Source of the DNA: an uncultured Actinomycetota bacterium
Lineage (GTDB): Bacteria > Actinomycetota > Actinomycetes > Actinomycetales > CAWJMD01
Direction of reading: 5' to 3'
NCBI GenBank assembly: GCA_963715595.1
Contig: OY970255.1
Location: 1,917,571 to 1,981,570 of the forward strand
DNA length: 64,000 bases
Position numbers and translations under genes: made by a program. This document shows, one piece after another, positions 41,059-49,983 of this stretch. The notes under the pieces were generated by a model that was not told the DNA's origin, made no database searches, and worked only from the letters and a program-made list of their open reading frames with translations. The number at the start of each line of letters is the position of its first letter. Position 1 is the stretch's first letter.

Positions 41059-41766
41059 TCAGCTGTTGGCGATGCCGGTCGCAGCCGGCGCGGCGTCGAC
41101 GGGGGCTCCGGGGAGGACGAAGATCTGGCCGGTGAGCGTCAGCGAGACGTCGCCGTTGGCGACGGCCGGCTTGGCGCCGGACGCCGGTGCGGCGTCCTCG
41201 GCCAGGACGCTCAGCGACTGCACGAGCACGTCGCGGCCGAGGTCGGTCTGCACCGCCTGCAGGAACGAGCTGACGTCCGCGAACGGCCCGACCACGTCGA
41301 TGGTCAGCGGGATGGACAGCAGGGTGCTGGACGGCGCGGGCGCCGCAACGGCACCGGTCTCGCCCGTGGCACCGGCCTCACCCTCGACGGGAGCCGCGGG
41401 AAGCGGAGCCGCCGTCACGACGGGGGCAGCGGCTCCGGGGGCGACGCGCATCAGCGTCACACCCGCGGCGGCGGCCTCGGCCTCGAGCTTGCGGTTCAGG
41501 TCGGCCAGCTTGGGCTCGATGGGCATCGCCTCGCGCACGTCCGCGAGCTCGGCTCGCCGGTCCTCGATGGTCTCGAACTGCGCCTTCAGCGTCTCGATCT
41601 CGGCGGCCAGCTGGTCGTTGCTCATGGCGGTCGTCGCGGTCGTGTCGCGCAGCTGCGCCGCCTCGGCGCGAGTAGGCGCGATCAGCAGGAACCAGGCGGC
41701 GACGGACAGCAGGACGCAGACGACGACGGTGCCGGCGACCCAGGTGTTGGTCCGGTTCAGGGACAT
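41059..41766 (-). CDS. pilO: Type IV pilus alignment protein, PilO-like
   Basis: TM ending in AWFLLIAP, coiled coil, then ferredoxin-like IPLTIDVVGPFADVSSFLQAVQ...RDVLV; follows pilN. Confidence 0.8.
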   Translation of the reverse strand: MSLNRTNTWVAGTVVVCVLLSVAAWFLLIAPTRAEAAQLRDTTATTAMSNDQLAAEIETLKAQFETIEDRRAELADVREAMPIEPKLADLNRKLEAEAAAAGVTLMRVAPGAAAPVVTAAPLPAAPVEGEAGATGETGAVAAPAPSSTLLSIPLTIDVVGPFADVSSFLQAVQTDLGRDVLVQSLSVLAEDAAPASGAKPAVANGDVSLTLTGQIFVLPGAPVDAAPAATGIANS

Positions 41767-41767
41767 G

Positions 41768-42470
41768 TCAGGAGGCCTTCGGGTCGAAGCGGTGGGACAG
41801 GACGCCATCTGTGACGTTGACCGTGACGGTGAAGTCGACGACGACCTTGCCGTCGATGTCGACGCGCTCGGAGACGGTCAGGTAGGGGTAGCTGTACCCA
41901 GGCGTCCCCTCGAGCACGTCGAGGAAGGCGGACGCGTCGGAGTGGGCGAGACCCGTGCCGTTGAACGTCAACGACGCCAGGCCCGTCGGGACGGCGGCGG
42001 GATCCGTCGTCGCCGTCACGGCGCCCGACGGGGCGGCGACGAGGACGGTCAGGTCGCGGAGCCAGACGTCGGACGGGTAGGAGTCCGCCAGCCGGTTGAG
42101 CTCGGAGAACCACAGCACGTCCTGGGCCATCGCGGTCGGAGCGCGCGTCCTGGGCCTGCTGCACCTCCGCGAGGATCACCGGGACCTCGGCGTACTCCGC
42201 GGCCTGGGTGTTCAGCTGGTCCGTGCGGCTCTCCTCCTGCGCGAGCCCGTCCTGGGCCGACCGCACGGAGGCCGCCGACACGAGGTAGCCACCGACGAGA
42301 GCGCCGACCACCGCGAGCGTGGCCGCGCCGAGCACGACCTGGGTGCGACGCAGCCGGCGCTCGGCCAGGATCTCGTCAGGCAGCAGGTTCACCCGTGCCA
42401 CGGAGTAGTTCGCGACGAACGCGCTGGCGCTGGACGCCGTCGCGCCGGTCTTGGTCATGTCGAGGCTCAT
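41768..42470 (-). CDS. pilN: Type IV pilus alignment protein PilN (frameshift near 42140)
   Basis: ARVNLLPDEIL (INLLP-type motif), TM, coiled coil, WFSELNRL...PSDVWL...LTFNGTG. Confidence 0.88.
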
Positions 42471-43513
42471 CACACGGCTCCGAGAGCGAGGCCGACGGGA
42501 ACGGCGGCCAGGGGCTGGACGAAGGACAGCTGCTCGGGCGACAGCCCGGTCTTGCCGACGCGCAGCGGGGAGATCGGGTCGCCGGGGACGACCTCGAGGC
42601 CGGTGATCGAGCCGAGGCGCTCAGCGAGCCCGCGCAGGGTGCTGCCCCCGCCTGACACCACGACCCGGTCGATCGGGTAGCCGGGGTTGGACGCGCCGTA
42701 GTAGTCGAGCGATCCGCGCACCTCGTCCAGGAAGTTCTGGGCGATGGCGTCCACCACGCGTGAGGCACGCTCGTACTCCCCGCCGGCGCCGACCAGGCCC
42801 AGCGACTGCTTGATGCCCTCGGCCTCGGCGAGCGGGACACCGAGCTTCTCGGCGACCGAGTCGGTGATGTCCTGGCCACCCATGAGCAGGATGCGCACGA
42901 ACCGCGGCACCCCGTCGGCGTGCACCACGATGTTGGTCACGCGGGCGCCGATGTCGACCAGCGCCTCGGTCTCGATCTCGGGGTCGCGACGGGTACCGAC
43001 GGAGCGCAGGACGGCGAACGAGGTCAGGTCGACGACAACCACCCGCAGACCAGCGGCCTGCACCGCGCGGACGTTCGCCATGACCGTCTCGCGCGAGGCG
43101 GCGACGAGCAGCCCGCGCAGGTTCTCGCCGCCGTCGGTCTGGACCGTCTCGACCGCGTGGAAGTCCAGCACCGCGTCATCGACCGGCATGGGCAGGTAGT
43201 CCTGCACCTGGAACGGCAGCGCGGCCTTGAGGTCGTCGTGCGGCATCGCCGGCAGGTCGACCTGGCGCACCACGACGCGCTGGTTGGCCACGCCCAGCAC
43301 CACCTTCTTGTGCGAGAACTTCGTCGCGGCCCAGAGCTGGCGGATCGCGGCCGTGACGGCCGCCGGGTCGAACACCTCGCCGTCGTGGACGGCACCCTCG
43401 GGCAGGGCGACCTGGCCGAACTTCTCCAGCGTCACACCGCCCTTGCCGAACGACAGCTCAGCGGCGCGGACACCTGAGGTTCCGATGTCGAGACCGATGG
43501 CGGTGGTTGCCAC
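42470..43513 (-). CDS. pilM: Type IV pilus assembly protein PilM (actin-like)
   Basis: IGLDIGTSGVRAAEL, VANQRVVVR, ALVDIGARVTNIVV, GGQDIT, VVVSGGGS, AVPVGLAL. Confidence 0.95.
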   Translation of the reverse strand: MATTAIGLDIGTSGVRAAELSFGKGGVTLEKFGQVALPEGAVHDGEVFDPAAVTAAIRQLWAATKFSHKKVVLGVANQRVVVRQVDLPAMPHDDLKAALPFQVQDYLPMPVDDAVLDFHAVETVQTDGGENLRGLLVAASRETVMANVRAVQAAGLRVVVVDLTSFAVLRSVGTRRDPEIETEALVDIGARVTNIVVHADGVPRFVRILLMGGQDITDSVAEKLGVPLAEAEGIKQSLGLVGAGGEYERASRVVDAIAQNFLDEVRGSLDYYGASNPGYPIDRVVVSGGGSTLRGLAERLGSITGLEVVPGDPISPLRVGKTGLSPEQLSFVQPLAAVPVGLALGAV

Positions 43514-43559
43514 GTCACGTCCCCTTCTCCAAGCGGCCCCGTGCGAGCCGTCCTGTCCC

Positions 43560-43588
43560 TCATCGGGGCGAGAAGGCGCCGCCTTGAG
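43560..43588 (-). promoter_or_regulatory. Sigma-28 (FliA/WhiG)-type promoter for pilM
   Basis: CTCAAG-N15-CCCGATGA. Confidence 0.75.
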
Positions 43589-43692
43589 TGCTCCCGCGCC
43601 ACGAGTTCGGCGCAACGGGCGATGGTCCGGACGGAGGGTCCCGGTCTCAGCGTCCGTGCGCGAGGTGGTGCCGGTGCGTGGACCGTCGACGC

Positions 43693-44478
43693 TCAGCGCA
43701 CGCCCGCGACGCGCAGGTACCCGTCGATGAGCACCTCGCCGGCCAGGACCGTCAGCCACGCGCCGACGAGCATGTAGGGACCGAAGGGGATCTTGGACTT
43801 GCGACCTGCGCGGCGCAGCACGATGAGCAACGCCCCGACGAGACCTCCGACGAGGAACCCGAGGAAGGCTCCTGTGACGACTTCGCCCCACCCGAGATAC
43901 CCCAGGTACAGGCCGAGCACGCCTGCCAGCTTGACGTCGCCGAAGCCCATCCCCGCGGGGTAGATGAACGCGAGCGCGAAGTAGAAGGCGTACAAGGCCA
44001 GGCCGGCCAGCGCGATCCGGATCGCGACTGCTGCGTCGCCCTGCAGGACGACCGCGGCCAGCAGCAGCACACCGGCGACGACGTAGCTGGGGAGCACGAT
44101 GGCATCGGGCAGCCGGTGCACGTCGATGTCGATCATCGTGAGTGCGACCGTGATCGCAGCGAGGTAGAGGAACGCAGGCAGCTCCCAGGAGAGCCCGAAC
44201 CGCCAGCCGGCGACCGCGAACAGCGCCGCAGTGCCCGCCTCGACGAGCGGGTACCGCGCGCTGATCCGCTCGTGGCAGTGCCGGCACCGACCACCCAGCA
44301 GGAGCCAGCTGACCACCGGCACGTTGTCGCGCGGGGCGATCGGGTTGCCGCACCGAGGGCAGGCGCTCGGCGGGTTCACCACCGACTCTCCCCTCGGCAC
44401 CCGCCAGATGACGACGTTGAGGAACGAGCCGATGGCGAGGCCCACCAGAGCGCACAGGCCGACGACGAGAGCGGTCAT
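43693..44478 (-). CDS. pilD: Prepilin peptidase/N-methyltransferase
   Basis: IGSFLNVVIWRVP, SACPRC...CRHC, YPLVE, IDIDVHRLPD, GMGFGDVKLA, IPFGPYM. Confidence 0.96.
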   Translation of the reverse strand: MTALVVGLCALVGLAIGSFLNVVIWRVPRGESVVNPPSACPRCGNPIAPRDNVPVVSWLLLGGRCRHCHERISARYPLVEAGTAALFAVAGWRFGLSWELPAFLYLAAITVALTMIDIDVHRLPDAIVLPSYVVAGVLLLAAVVLQGDAAVAIRIALAGLALYAFYFALAFIYPAGMGFGDVKLAGVLGLYLGYLGWGEVVTGAFLGFLVGGLVGALLIVLRRAGRKSKIPFGPYMLVGAWLTVLAGEVLIDGYLRVAGVR

Positions 44479-44509
44479 GACGGCCGAAACTAGCCGATCC
44501 CCGGTTCGG

Positions 44510-46165
44510 TCAGCCGTCGGTGATCTTCGCCGCCACCCACGGCGCGTCCTCGGGCGCGAGGAAGTAGGGAGGCTGCAGCACCTGGAACCGGTCGTCGTAG
44601 ATGTAGTTCTTCAGGTAACCGGTGGCCGGGGCGGTGGCGTTGCCGGTGCCGACCGGACCTCGGAACTTCTGCGCGATCGCTCCGTAGACGCGCAGCTTCG
44701 TCGAGGTGGCACTCGAGCTCAACGGCGCTCCGGCGTCCCAGTTCTGGACCACGAAGCTGTGGCGCAGCGACAGGACGGCCGCCTCGATGTTGCGCACCGC
44801 AGCGGTGCTCGCCAGCAGGTTGCTGCCGTCGTCGCGCACCGGGTGGTACACCCAGACGTAGTTGCCGGCGACCAGGCCGACGACGTCGGTCTCGGTCTCG
44901 TCCTCCACGGTGATGTCCGCGGTGACCACGATGTCGTCCTCCGCGGAGACGGTCACCTGGGCGTCGGCGTTGCCCTGGACGAAGGCCGTGCCGTGGCAGT
45001 TGTCGTACTCCGTGGTCCTGCGGTTCGAGGTGTCCTCCCCCGCTCGCGGGTACCCGACTCCGGAGCAGGAACCACTCGTCGGGGCGACGTGGATGACGGG
45101 CGGGATCGCCAGCGTCTGCACCGTCCCGCGTGCCGAGGCGCTGGTGTTGTAGCAGTAGCTGGGGGCGCTGCGGGTGTTCGGGCTCAGCACGCGCATCTGG
45201 GTGCCGACGAACTCGATCGACGTCGCGCCCCGGTACAGGCACCCCGGCCGAGCCGCTGCGGTGTCCGGGTTGCTCGAGCTGTCGACGACCGGGCGGACGT
45301 ACTTGAGCAGGCCGGTGTTCGCGTCCGGGAGGTCGATCGGTGGCGAGTAGCGGGGCCAGTAACCCGGGGTGGCGCCGCCGGACTGGATGGGCGTGCCCGG
45401 ACCACGCCACAGGCGCGACGGGTCGCTCGTCTTCACCCAGCTGCTCTCGGTGCGGGGGTTCGCGAAACGCACCGAGCCGCCGACGTACAGCGCGTCGTTG
45501 CTGTGCATCGGCCCGATCACGACGTCGCCGCTCGTCCAGTTGATGATCGGGCAGGTACCGTCGGGCCGGTTGTTGTAGGTGGTCGAACCGACGCGATACC
45601 GGTCGTAGTGGTAGTGCGAGCAGATCTCGCGATTCGTCTCGCTGTAGCCGAGGAGCGAGGGGTCGATCGTCTCGAAGTCGGTGTAGTAGATGAAGTCCAG
45701 GAAGCCGCTCGGCTCCAGACGCGCGGTGAGCGTGCGTTCGACCATCCTCCCGCCACCGGCCGGCTGCGACGATCCGGTCACCTCGAGGTCGATGTAGCCC
45801 TGCTGCGCGGTGACCGCCGCGTCCGTGAGCACCCGGTAGCGGAACGCCGCACCTCGGCCGCCGGTACCCGGGACGTCGACGCCGGCCGCCGTGAACGCGC
45901 CGTTCGCCGCGTCGACGTTGCCGCGGGCCCAGTACTCGCTGTTGGCGCTCAAGCGGGAGATGTACTCGTCGATGCCGGCCTGCGCGGCAGCGAGCGCGGC
46001 CTTCGCGTCCTGGTCGGCGCGGCTGGGCGCCGTCTGGTTCAGCACCATCCCCAGCGAGGTCAGGAGGAACGCAGTGAGGATGAACATCGTGAACAGCACG
46101 AAGGGGACGGCGAACCCGTCGTCGGTGACTCTCCGAGCCGCGAGCCGAGATGTGATGTGCCTCAT
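44510..46165 (-). CDS. Large PilX/K-like minor pilin (about 550 aa), putative tip adhesin
   Basis: DDG-FAVPFVLF class III-like leader without Glu5, ALAAAQAGIDEY, long Cys-containing beta-rich body ending GAIAQKFRGPVG...GYLKNYIYDDRF...PPYFL. Confidence 0.8.
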   Translation of the reverse strand: MRHITSRLAARRVTDDGFAVPFVLFTMFILTAFLLTSLGMVLNQTAPSRADQDAKAALAAAQAGIDEYISRLSANSEYWARGNVDAANGAFTAAGVDVPGTGGRGAAFRYRVLTDAAVTAQQGYIDLEVTGSSQPAGGGRMVERTLTARLEPSGFLDFIYYTDFETIDPSLLGYSETNREICSHYHYDRYRVGSTTYNNRPDGTCPIINWTSGDVVIGPMHSNDALYVGGSVRFANPRTESSWVKTSDPSRLWRGPGTPIQSGGATPGYWPRYSPPIDLPDANTGLLKYVRPVVDSSSNPDTAAARPGCLYRGATSIEFVGTQMRVLSPNTRSAPSYCYNTSASARGTVQTLAIPPVIHVAPTSGSCSGVGYPRAGEDTSNRRTTEYDNCHGTAFVQGNADAQVTVSAEDDIVVTADITVEDETETDVVGLVAGNYVWVYHPVRDDGSNLLASTAAVRNIEAAVLSLRHSFVVQNWDAGAPLSSSATSTKLRVYGAIAQKFRGPVGTGNATAPATGYLKNYIYDDRFQVLQPPYFLAPEDAPWVAAKITDG

Positions 46166-46842
46166 GGGGTTCCCTCGATGGCCAGCTGGACGTTGGACAG
46201 GGTGACGCGGTCGCGCGCGATGACGCCGTTGATGTCGCCCCGCTGCGGGTCGCGGACGTCGAGAGCCGCCTCGACGCTCACCACGCGCGCGCGACCGGTC
46301 GCGTCGGTCGGCGTGACCGGCGCGACCGTGGTGCCGTCCGGCCGCGTGATCGTGCCCGTCTCGAAGTAGGTGAACACGGGCGGTGCACTCGTCTTGATCA
46401 GGCACTTGGTGCGGCCCGCACCCGGCCAGGTGAACGGACCGGCCGTCGGGCCGGAGGCGTTGGTCTGGTTCTCGTTCACGCAGCCGGTGGCGGGGTCGTA
46501 GGAGTACGTCACGCGGGTGGGGAAGGTCGCGTTCTGGCCTGCGCCCCGGTCGAGGCTCGCATAGAACTGGATCCGGTTCGCCTCGGACACGGCGATCGCC
46601 GAGGTCTGGCCCGGTGGGACGACAGCCACCCGCAGCGAACGCGTGATCGCCTCCATCGCGATCCTCGCGTCCGCCGTGGTGAGCGTGCGGGCGCTGGCGA
46701 TCCGACTGGTGTCCAGGACCGAGACGAAGACGGCACTGACCGCGACGAGCACCACCGAGAAGATCGCCATCGACACCAGCAGCTCGGGCAGCCCGAACCC
46801 CGCGTCGTCGTCGGTACGGATCCGGAGAGGTACGGCGCGCAT
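46162..46842 (-). CDS. PilW/PulJ-like minor pilin
   Basis: DDDAG-FGLPELLVSMAIFSVV N-methylation motif; ITRSLRVA. Confidence 0.85.
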   Translation of the reverse strand: MRAVPLRIRTDDDAGFGLPELLVSMAIFSVVLVAVSAVFVSVLDTSRIASARTLTTADARIAMEAITRSLRVAVVPPGQTSAIAVSEANRIQFYASLDRGAGQNATFPTRVTYSYDPATGCVNENQTNASGPTAGPFTWPGAGRTKCLIKTSAPPVFTYFETGTITRPDGTTVAPVTPTDATGRARVVSVEAALDVRDPQRGDINGVIARDRVTLSNVQLAIEGTP

Positions 46843-48173
46843 CAGTCGTCGTCCTTCTTCGTCTTGTCCTTCTTGTCCTTGTCGTCGTCATCGTCGTCAT
46901 CGTCGCCGCCGCCGATGACGAGGACGACCGTCCGCACGCCGTCGCCCGGTGCCACCGTGACCGTCTGGCTGCCGGCGCTCGCGGCCCGGAACGTCCACCG
47001 GCCGTAGGGCAGGGCGATCAGGTCCTCGCCGCCCGCGGCGGTGCCGACCGGGTAGGACTCGCCCGACACGCACCCGCGGGCGTCGCTGTCGGCGGCGTGC
47101 TCGGCGACGACCGGAATGCCCGGCACCAGGTTCCCCGCCGAGTTCTGCACGCGGACGCGGAAACCGGCGAGCGGCACCGCCACGGAGGCGTCACCGGCCA
47201 GCAGGTCCACGTTCGCCGAGCCGCCGCGGGCGTCGGTGCACGAACCCCCGTTGAGGTCGTAGATGGCGGGATAGAGGTTCTGCACGGTGCCGGGCATGGT
47301 CAGCGCGCAGGCGTTGCCGGCGGGGACGGTGCCGCACGTGCGCACGATCGACCCGTCGGAGACGTACGTGCTGCGGTACCGCAACGGGATCCCCGTCGCC
47401 GGGCGGTGGCCGCTCGGCGGGGCCCACGTCACGGCCAGGCTGCGGGACCCGTCGTACAGCAGCTCGGCCCGCGTCACGCGGCCGGCGAGGACCCCTTGCG
47501 TCAGCGACGCGGTGCGGGTGTTGACGTGGCTCACGAAACCGGTCTGTCCGGTCGAGACGGTGTAGCTGCCCGGCGCCAGACCGACGAACACCGCGCACCC
47601 GTCGGCGCCCGTGACCCGCGTCACCCCGCCGGGTGCGATCGTGACCGCCACACCGGCGACCGGGCCACCGGTACCTCCGGTCACGGCCACCGCCAGCGAC
47701 CCGCGCGAGGAGTCGAGACCGTCGTCGCCGAGGCCCAGCGCCTTCAGGGTGTCCGAACGGACCGGCTGGACCGAGCCCATGTTGGGCCAGGTCACCTGCA
47801 CCGTGACGAGCTTGTACGCCAGCTCGTCGCCGCTGCCCTCGCAGACGTTGCTGGAGGAGCCGGCGACGACGTAGTTGGCGGTCTGGGTGATGGTGAAGGT
47901 GGTGCCCGCCACCTGCTCGGTGCGGGTCGTCGCGCCGTCCGGGATGTCGAGCGTGCGCATGCTGCGCGTCGACTCGATCTGCTTGGTCGCCAGGTTCGCA
48001 GCGGCGACCCGGTGGGTGTTGCCTCGGGCGACGTCGAAGATGCCCAGCACCATGCCGAGCACCGCACTGACGGTGATCGCGAAGATGACCATCGCGACGA
48101 CGACCTCGACGAGGCTGAACCCCGCGTCGTCAGCGGCCACGCGGCGGTGCCGCTCCCGAAGGGCGTTCAGCAT
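46842..48173 (-). CDS. PilV-like minor pilin with carboxypeptidase-regulatory-like beta domains and Asp/Lys tail
   Basis: DDAG-FSLVEVVVAM; GGPVAGVAVTI...TGADGCAVFVGLAPGSYTVS; ends GGGDDDDDDDDKDKKDKTKKDDD. Confidence 0.85.
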   Translation of the reverse strand: MLNALRERHRRVAADDAGFSLVEVVVAMVIFAITVSAVLGMVLGIFDVARGNTHRVAAANLATKQIESTRSMRTLDIPDGATTRTEQVAGTTFTITQTANYVVAGSSSNVCEGSGDELAYKLVTVQVTWPNMGSVQPVRSDTLKALGLGDDGLDSSRGSLAVAVTGGTGGPVAGVAVTIAPGGVTRVTGADGCAVFVGLAPGSYTVSTGQTGFVSHVNTRTASLTQGVLAGRVTRAELLYDGSRSLAVTWAPPSGHRPATGIPLRYRSTYVSDGSIVRTCGTVPAGNACALTMPGTVQNLYPAIYDLNGGSCTDARGGSANVDLLAGDASVAVPLAGFRVRVQNSAGNLVPGIPVVAEHAADSDARGCVSGESYPVGTAAGGEDLIALPYGRWTFRAASAGSQTVTVAPGDGVRTVVLVIGGGDDDDDDDDKDKKDKTKKDDD

Positions 48174-48592
48174 GATCCTTCTCCCAGTCCGGTCCGTGCC
48201 GTGTAGTTGAAGGCCTTGACGCGGCCCTTGTCGTCGGTGAGGGCCACGCACCAGCCGTCGGGGTCGTCGAGCGCGGTGGTGGCGCCCGTCGTGGGTGCGG
48301 CGGTGCCGTTGGTCAGGTTGATCGAGCGGGACCATCCAGCGGTGTCGGTCACCACGGCACGACCGGGCTGGACGGACAGGTCGACCTGCAGGCCCTGCCC
48401 GCCGTCGACGTAGTACGCCGCGATCTCCTTGCCGACAGCCGACACGTCGGACTTGGTGGAGGCGTCGTGCGCTGCTGCCCTCTGGCTGAGGAACGTCGGG
48501 ACCGCGATCGCCGCGAGCAGTCCGATGACGACCATCACCACCAGCAGCTCGATGAGGGTGAAGCCCGCCTCGTCGCCCGGGGTCCGCTGCAC
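48167..48592 (-). CDS. Type IV pilin, divergent paralog of the major pilin
   Basis: DEAG-FTLIELLVVMVVIGLLAAIAVPTFLSQR; shares DVSAVGKEIAAYYVDG, NLTNG and WCVAL with the PilA copies. Confidence 0.9.
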   Translation of the reverse strand: MQRTPGDEAGFTLIELLVVMVVIGLLAAIAVPTFLSQRAAAHDASTKSDVSAVGKEIAAYYVDGGQGLQVDLSVQPGRAVVTDTAGWSRSINLTNGTAAPTTGATTALDDPDGWCVALTDDKGRVKAFNYTARTGLGEGSC

Positions 48593-48653
48593 GACAGGTC
48601 CTTCCGCGGTGGTCGCTGGTCCGTGCCGGCCGGCGCGGACTGGTTCAGCTGCT

Positions 48654-48682
48654 ACTTCGGCACGCCTGGTCCGGTCCTTGAG
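48654..48682 (-). promoter_or_regulatory. Sigma-28-type promoter for the minor pilin operon
   Basis: CTCAAG-N15-GCCGAAGT. Confidence 0.78.
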
Positions 48683-48714
48683 GTTTCGCGACCCGTCGAC
48701 GGTCGGGGACGCAC

Positions 48715-48746
48715 GAACGGCCCCTCCCGCGGGGAGGGGCCGTTCG
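48715..48746 (-). terminator. Terminator hairpin after pilA copy 2
   Basis: gaacggcccctccc-gcg-gggaggggccgttc. Confidence 0.75.
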
Positions 48747-48758
48747 TCAGCGATCGGA

Positions 48759-49190
48759 TCAGGTGCAGGGGCCGGCGACCAGGCCGTTCTGGGTGAACTT
48801 CCAGGTCTTGTTGGTGGCGCTGCCGGCGGCGTTGGTGAGCGAGACGCACCAGTCGGTGGCGGTGTTCGTCGCCTTGACGTTGTTCAGCGCGGTGCCGTTG
48901 CTGAGGTTCACGGTGGTCAGCGTCGTGGCGCCGACCGCCAGGGTGGCGACGGTGCCGGCGACGGTCACGTCGACGTCACCGGTGCCGTCGACGTAGTAGG
49001 CGGCGATCTCCTTGCCGACGGTGGAGACGTCGGCCTTGGTCGCGGTGTCACGCGCCTTCTGTCGCTGGGACAGGAAGACCGGGATGGCGATCGCGGCCAG
49101 GATGCCGATGATGATCATGACGACGAGGAGCTCGATCAGGGTGAAGCCCTGGTCCTTCTCCTCCATGGACTTGCGGATGCGAGCGAGCAT
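48759..49190 (-). CDS. pilA: Major type IV pilin, copy 2
   Basis: MLARIRKSMEEKDQG-FTLIELLVVMIIIGILAAIAIPVFLSQR; C-terminal Cys pair (WCV...GPC). Confidence 0.92.
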   Translation of the reverse strand: MLARIRKSMEEKDQGFTLIELLVVMIIIGILAAIAIPVFLSQRQKARDTATKADVSTVGKEIAAYYVDGTGDVDVTVAGTVATLAVGATTLTTVNLSNGTALNNVKATNTATDWCVSLTNAAGSATNKTWKFTQNGLVAGPCT

Positions 49191-49250
49191 CAGCTTCTCC
49201 CCTGCCTTCTGGTGGTGGAGCCGGACGTCCCGGCTCGTGGTGTGCCTGTC

Positions 49251-49279
49251 TCATCGACCGCATCGCACCGGATCTTGAG
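49251..49279 (-). promoter_or_regulatory. Sigma-28-type promoter for pilA copy 2
   Basis: CTCAAG-N15-GTCGATGA. Confidence 0.72.
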
Positions 49280-49292
49280 CCCGGACGCACGA

Positions 49293-49321
49293 ACGGCCCC
49301 TCCCGCAGGGGGAGGGGCCGT
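49293..49321 (-). terminator. Terminator hairpin after pilA copy 1
   Basis: acggcccctccc-gcagg-gggaggggccgt. Confidence 0.75.
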
Positions 49322-49336
49322 CCGTCAGCGATCGGA

Positions 49337-49768
49337 TCAGGAGCAGGGGCCGGCGACCAGGCCGTTCTGGGTGAACTTCCAGGTCTTGTTGGTGGCGCTG
49401 CCGGCGGCGTTGGTGAGCGAGACGCACCAGTCGGTGGCGGTGTTCGTCGCCTTGACGTTGTTCAGCGCGGTGCCGTTGCTCAGGTTCACGGTGGTCAGCG
49501 TCGTGGCGCCGACCGCCAGGGTGGCGACGGTGCCGGCGACGGTCACATCGACGTCACCGGTGCCGTCGACGTAGTAGGCGGCGATCTCCTTGCCGACGGT
49601 GGAGACGTCGGCCTTGGTCGCGGTGTCACGCGCCTTCTCGCGCTGGGACAGGAAGACCGGGATGGCGATCGCGGCCAGGATGCCGATGATGATCATGACG
49701 ACGAGGAGCTCGATCAGGGTGAAGCCCTGGTCCTTCTCCTCCATGGACTTGCGGATGCGAGCGAGCAT
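49337..49768 (-). CDS. pilA: Major type IV pilin, copy 1
   Basis: 143 aa, nearly identical to 48759-49190; GAAGGGGAG RBS upstream. Confidence 0.92.
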   Translation of the reverse strand: MLARIRKSMEEKDQGFTLIELLVVMIIIGILAAIAIPVFLSQREKARDTATKADVSTVGKEIAAYYVDGTGDVDVTVAGTVATLAVGATTLTTVNLSNGTALNNVKATNTATDWCVSLTNAAGSATNKTWKFTQNGLVAGPCS

Positions 49769-49837
49769 TCTGCGCTCCCCTTCGAGGTGATCTGAGAGCC
49801 GCCCGCTGTCTGGGAGTCCGGCTCGATGACAGATGAG

Positions 49838-49865
49838 ATATCGGTGCGGAGGTGGCGGACTTGAG
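49838..49865 (-). promoter_or_regulatory. Sigma-28-type promoter for pilA copy 1
   Basis: CTCAAG-N14-ACCGATAT. Confidence 0.68.
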
Positions 49866-49936
49866 CCCTCGTCCCGAGAAGTTTCCGAGGGCTCCTCCGA
49901 GTGAGTGAGTTGCCGCCGCAGGCGTCCTCGGACGCA

Positions 49937-49970
49937 CGCAGGGCCCCGTCCGTGGGGACGGGGCCCTGCG
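49937..49970 (-). terminator. Terminator hairpin after pilC
   Basis: cgcagggccccgtcc-gtgg-ggacggggccctgcg. Confidence 0.75.
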
Positions 49971-49983
49971 ATGCGCGTACGAC

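Noticed and set aside
48759-49768. Neisseria-type silent pilS cassette system
   Set aside because: Both copies are full length with leader peptide, RBS, promoter and terminator, and are almost identical; there are no truncated variable cassettes.
49769-49935. Possible c-di-GMP riboswitch in the long pilA leader
   Set aside because: No GEMM-type GGCAAA/GNRA tetraloop-receptor pattern could be recognised; the region is explained by a promoter and spacer.
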